Assembly (NCBI GenBank): GCA_945897955.1
Contig: CAMDGQ010000001.1
Coordinates: forward strand, 49,373-73,372
From: Tepidiphilus sp. J10
GTDB taxonomy: Bacteria; Pseudomonadota; Gammaproteobacteria; Burkholderiales; Thiobacillaceae
DNA: 24,000 nucleotides
Direction of reading: 5' to 3'
The position numbers were made by a program, and so were the translations under genes. Positions 22,543 to 24,000 of this stretch are shown piece by piece. Every line of letters starts with the position of its first letter. Positions within the stretch are counted from its first letter, which is position 1. The notes beneath the pieces were generated by a model. That model made no database searches. It was not told where the DNA came from and was given only the letters and a program-made list of their open reading frames with translations.

Positions 22543-23258
22543 GCGGCCTCCCGTTGTTTGAGTACGCTGATTGCGCGCTCGTACTCGGGCAGGGTCAGTT
22601 CCTCGACCGTCCTGGCCTTGGACTTGAGCCAGGCAATAAGGCTTTCGGACGTGCGCTTGGAGGCCGCGAGCAGGTCACTCACTTCCTTGGCCTGGCTGGG
22701 CGAGAGGGTGTTGCCACCCGTCTTGCCAGCCTCCTCGCGTTTGCCTTCCGGTTTGCTCCCCGACTTGACGTTCTTGTCCGTGCCGAATTCCTTTCGAAGA
22801 TCGGCGACGTACTTGTTGTCGTCATACAACCCCAGATGGACATCGGCGCTGAAACCAATGAGCGACAGGCATTTGCTCATGGCATCCGTCATGGACTTCT
22901 TGGGTGCTTCTTCATCGGTGAAGAAGCCGTTCTTGTTGCGGCCGACAAAGATTGTCTGGCCGAAGTGGATCACCTCGCCACGCTTGCCCTGGTAGACATA
23001 CCAGAGATTGACGCGCAGGACGTGGATCACTTCCTTGCCAACCACTGCGCCATCCAGGATCAAGGGTGCGCCATCCTGATATCGCTCTTCCAGGATATCG
23101 ATGCCCCAGCCGATGCCGCAGGGTCCGAAGGTTTCAGTGGCTTTCTGCGCCTGGTAGGTCGCATTGATGGCCGTGCCCGAGAAACCACCACTACGAGTAA
23201 AGCCCTTGACGAAGTTGGGGTTGGTTACAGCGACTGCATTCCACAGTTCCATGCTCAT
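22539..23258 (-). CDS. Putative phage single-strand annealing protein (Rad52/Sak-like)
   Basis: The central block FFTDEEAPKKSMTDAMSKCLSLIGFSADVHLGLYDD resembles the conserved Rad52/Sak motif (K..TDA..K.L...G....LY), with a basic/acidic low-complexity tail. Start is at ATG 23258 (AAGGAG 7 nt upstream). Confidence 0.55.
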   Translation of the reverse strand: MSMELWNAVAVTNPNFVKGFTRSGGFSGTAINATYQAQKATETFGPCGIGWGIDILEERYQDGAPLILDGAVVGKEVIHVLRVNLWYVYQGKRGEVIHFGQTIFVGRNKNGFFTDEEAPKKSMTDAMSKCLSLIGFSADVHLGLYDDNKYVADLRKEFGTDKNVKSGSKPEGKREEAGKTGGNTLSPSQAKEVSDLLAASKRTSESLIAWLKSKARTVEELTLPEYERAISVLKQREAA

Positions 23259-23363
23259 GGTGCTTCTCCTTGATGTGCGCCCCACGGCGCGTTGATGAAG
23301 GCCCGACGGATGCCGGGCACAGGTTTCAAGGAGGAGTAGTGAATTCGTGGTGTGATAAATGAA

Positions 23364-23390
23364 TTGTCAAGACGTGCAACGGTATATAAT
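23364..23390 (+). promoter_or_regulatory. Sigma-70-like promoter with a perfect -10
   Basis: TATAAT at 23385-23390. The upstream -35-like TTGTCA at 23364-23369 gives a short 15-nt spacer; shifting the hexamer (ATTGTC or AATTGT) gives 16-17 nt. The promoter faces the DsbC-like gene. Confidence 0.4.
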
Positions 23391-23506
23391 ATGCTTGTAA
23401 TGATTTAACTATGAAGGCGTTGCATGAATTCATACCAACAGCTCATGGCCGTCGGCTATGCCGGCGCAGATGTGGATTGCTCCTCGTTTTCAGGCGACAT
23501 CTCGCT

Positions 23507-24000
23507 ATGAGGATTGCCACACGCGGATCGTCATTTCTCCTGGCTGCCCTGTTGGCGGTCTCCAGTCATGCGGGCGATGCACCAGCCGATCCCGCCAAAA
23601 CCATCGCGGAACGACTCAAGCAGCGTTATCCGGCCACGCGTATCGACCAGGTACTGCCGTCTCCCCTGCCAGGCCTCTACGAGGTGGTCATGGGGCGCAA
23701 TGTGGCATTCAGCGATGCCGAGGGGCGCTACTTCATCTTCGGCCACCTCTACGACATGCTTAGCCAGCGTGACATCACCGCCGAGCGCAAGGAAGCGCTG
23801 GCCAAAATCGATTGGTCGGTCCTGCCCCTGGAAAACAGCATCAAGTTCGTGAGCGGCAAGGGTGAGCGCGTTCTGGCGGTGTTCTCCGACCCGGATTGCC
23901 CCTATTGCAAAAAGGTCGAATCGGAACTGGCCAAGCTGGATAACGCGACCCTCTATCTCTTCCCGTTCCCGATCCAGTCACTGCATCCGAATGCGGTGGC
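23507..24000 (+). CDS. DsbC/DsbG-family periplasmic thiol:disulfide interchange protein (5' part; continues beyond the window)
   Basis: Absent from the ORF track because it runs off the right edge. My translation is MRIATRGSSFLLAALLAVSSHA/GDAP..LPGLYEVVMGRNVAFSDAEGRYFIFGHLYD..ERVLAVFSDPDCPYCKKVESEL: a signal peptide, a DsbC N-terminal dimerisation motif and a CPYC active site. An in-frame ATG at 23411 is an alternative start. Confidence 0.8.
   Translation, partial: MRIATRGSSFLLAALLAVSSHAGDAPADPAKTIAERLKQRYPATRIDQVLPSPLPGLYEVVMGRNVAFSDAEGRYFIFGHLYDMLSQRDITAERKEALAKIDWSVLPLENSIKFVSGKGERVLAVFSDPDCPYCKKVESELAKLDNATLYLFPFPIQSLHPNAV

Larger units (their letters stand above)
21766..24000. mobile_element. 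Segment of a putative prophage / integrative element (left limit uncertain; continues beyond the window)
   Basis: Sequence right of doxX is visibly more AT-rich. It holds short leftward genes with ATGA coupling, a Rad52/Sak-like annealing protein, two intrinsic terminators, a strong sigma-70-like promoter and a DsbC-like gene. No integrase or att site was found in the window. Confidence 0.45.

Noticed and set aside
21484-23433. Recurrent EcoRI-containing palindrome TGAATTCA (21484-21491, 22221-22228, 23425-23432, with near copies at 23339-23346 and 23359-23366), considered as possible phage repressor operators.
   Set aside because: GAATTC-containing strings also occur repeatedly in the core region (for example 3184-3191, 12041-12048 and 20423-20430). 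The copies lack a shared extended context or consistent placement relative to promoters. I cannot distinguish this from composition or chance without genome-wide statistics.
23458-23852. Track ORFs 23458..23763(+), 23514..23852(+) and 23531..23746(-) at the right end.
   Set aside because: Their translations are low-complexity. The remaining plus frame (from ATG 23507, open to the window end) encodes a clear signal peptide and DsbC/DsbG CPYC domain.

Overview
About 21.3 kb of GC-rich proteobacterial chromosome, followed from roughly 21.35-21.8 kb by a visibly more AT-rich phage- or integrative-element-like segment. Core content, left to right: an edge-truncated glycogen debranching enzyme plus a DUF2934 protein; a three-gene membrane-thioredoxin operon; a Cache-type sensor kinase and a sigma-54 (NtrC-type) response regulator, sitting upstream of a -24/-12 promoter, a secreted 12-heme c-type cytochrome and an FKBP lipoprotein; a TetR / AhpD-like / DsrE-like cluster; a monoheme cytochrome c; an ECF sigma factor with a soluble zinc-finger (HxxxCxxC) anti-sigma and a degenerate-GGDEF/EAL protein; and an OlsF-like bifunctional acyltransferase - DinB-like - NRDE operon. 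The most notable locus is a RiPP-type operon. Its precursor has a Sec signal peptide and five tandem KEGKCGEGKCGG units (10 EGKCG cysteines), and is followed by a DUF692/MNIO enzyme, a DUF2063 partner and a DoxX membrane protein. This resembles the HvfABC/oxazolin and bufferin copper-binding peptide systems. The non-coding DNA contains a bipartite motif, TGTCAGGAAT-N12-CGAC, six times with invariant spacing, and every copy points toward a gene start. Its layout matches ECF promoters (TGTCAG-N16-CGAC). It appears to wire the RiPP operon, the acyltransferase operon, the thioredoxin operon, the cytochrome c, DUF2934/debranching enzyme and the anti-sigma/EAL genes into one regulon. Many ORF-track entries are shadow frames or have over-extended N-termini. 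Two real genes run off the window edges and are missing from the track.
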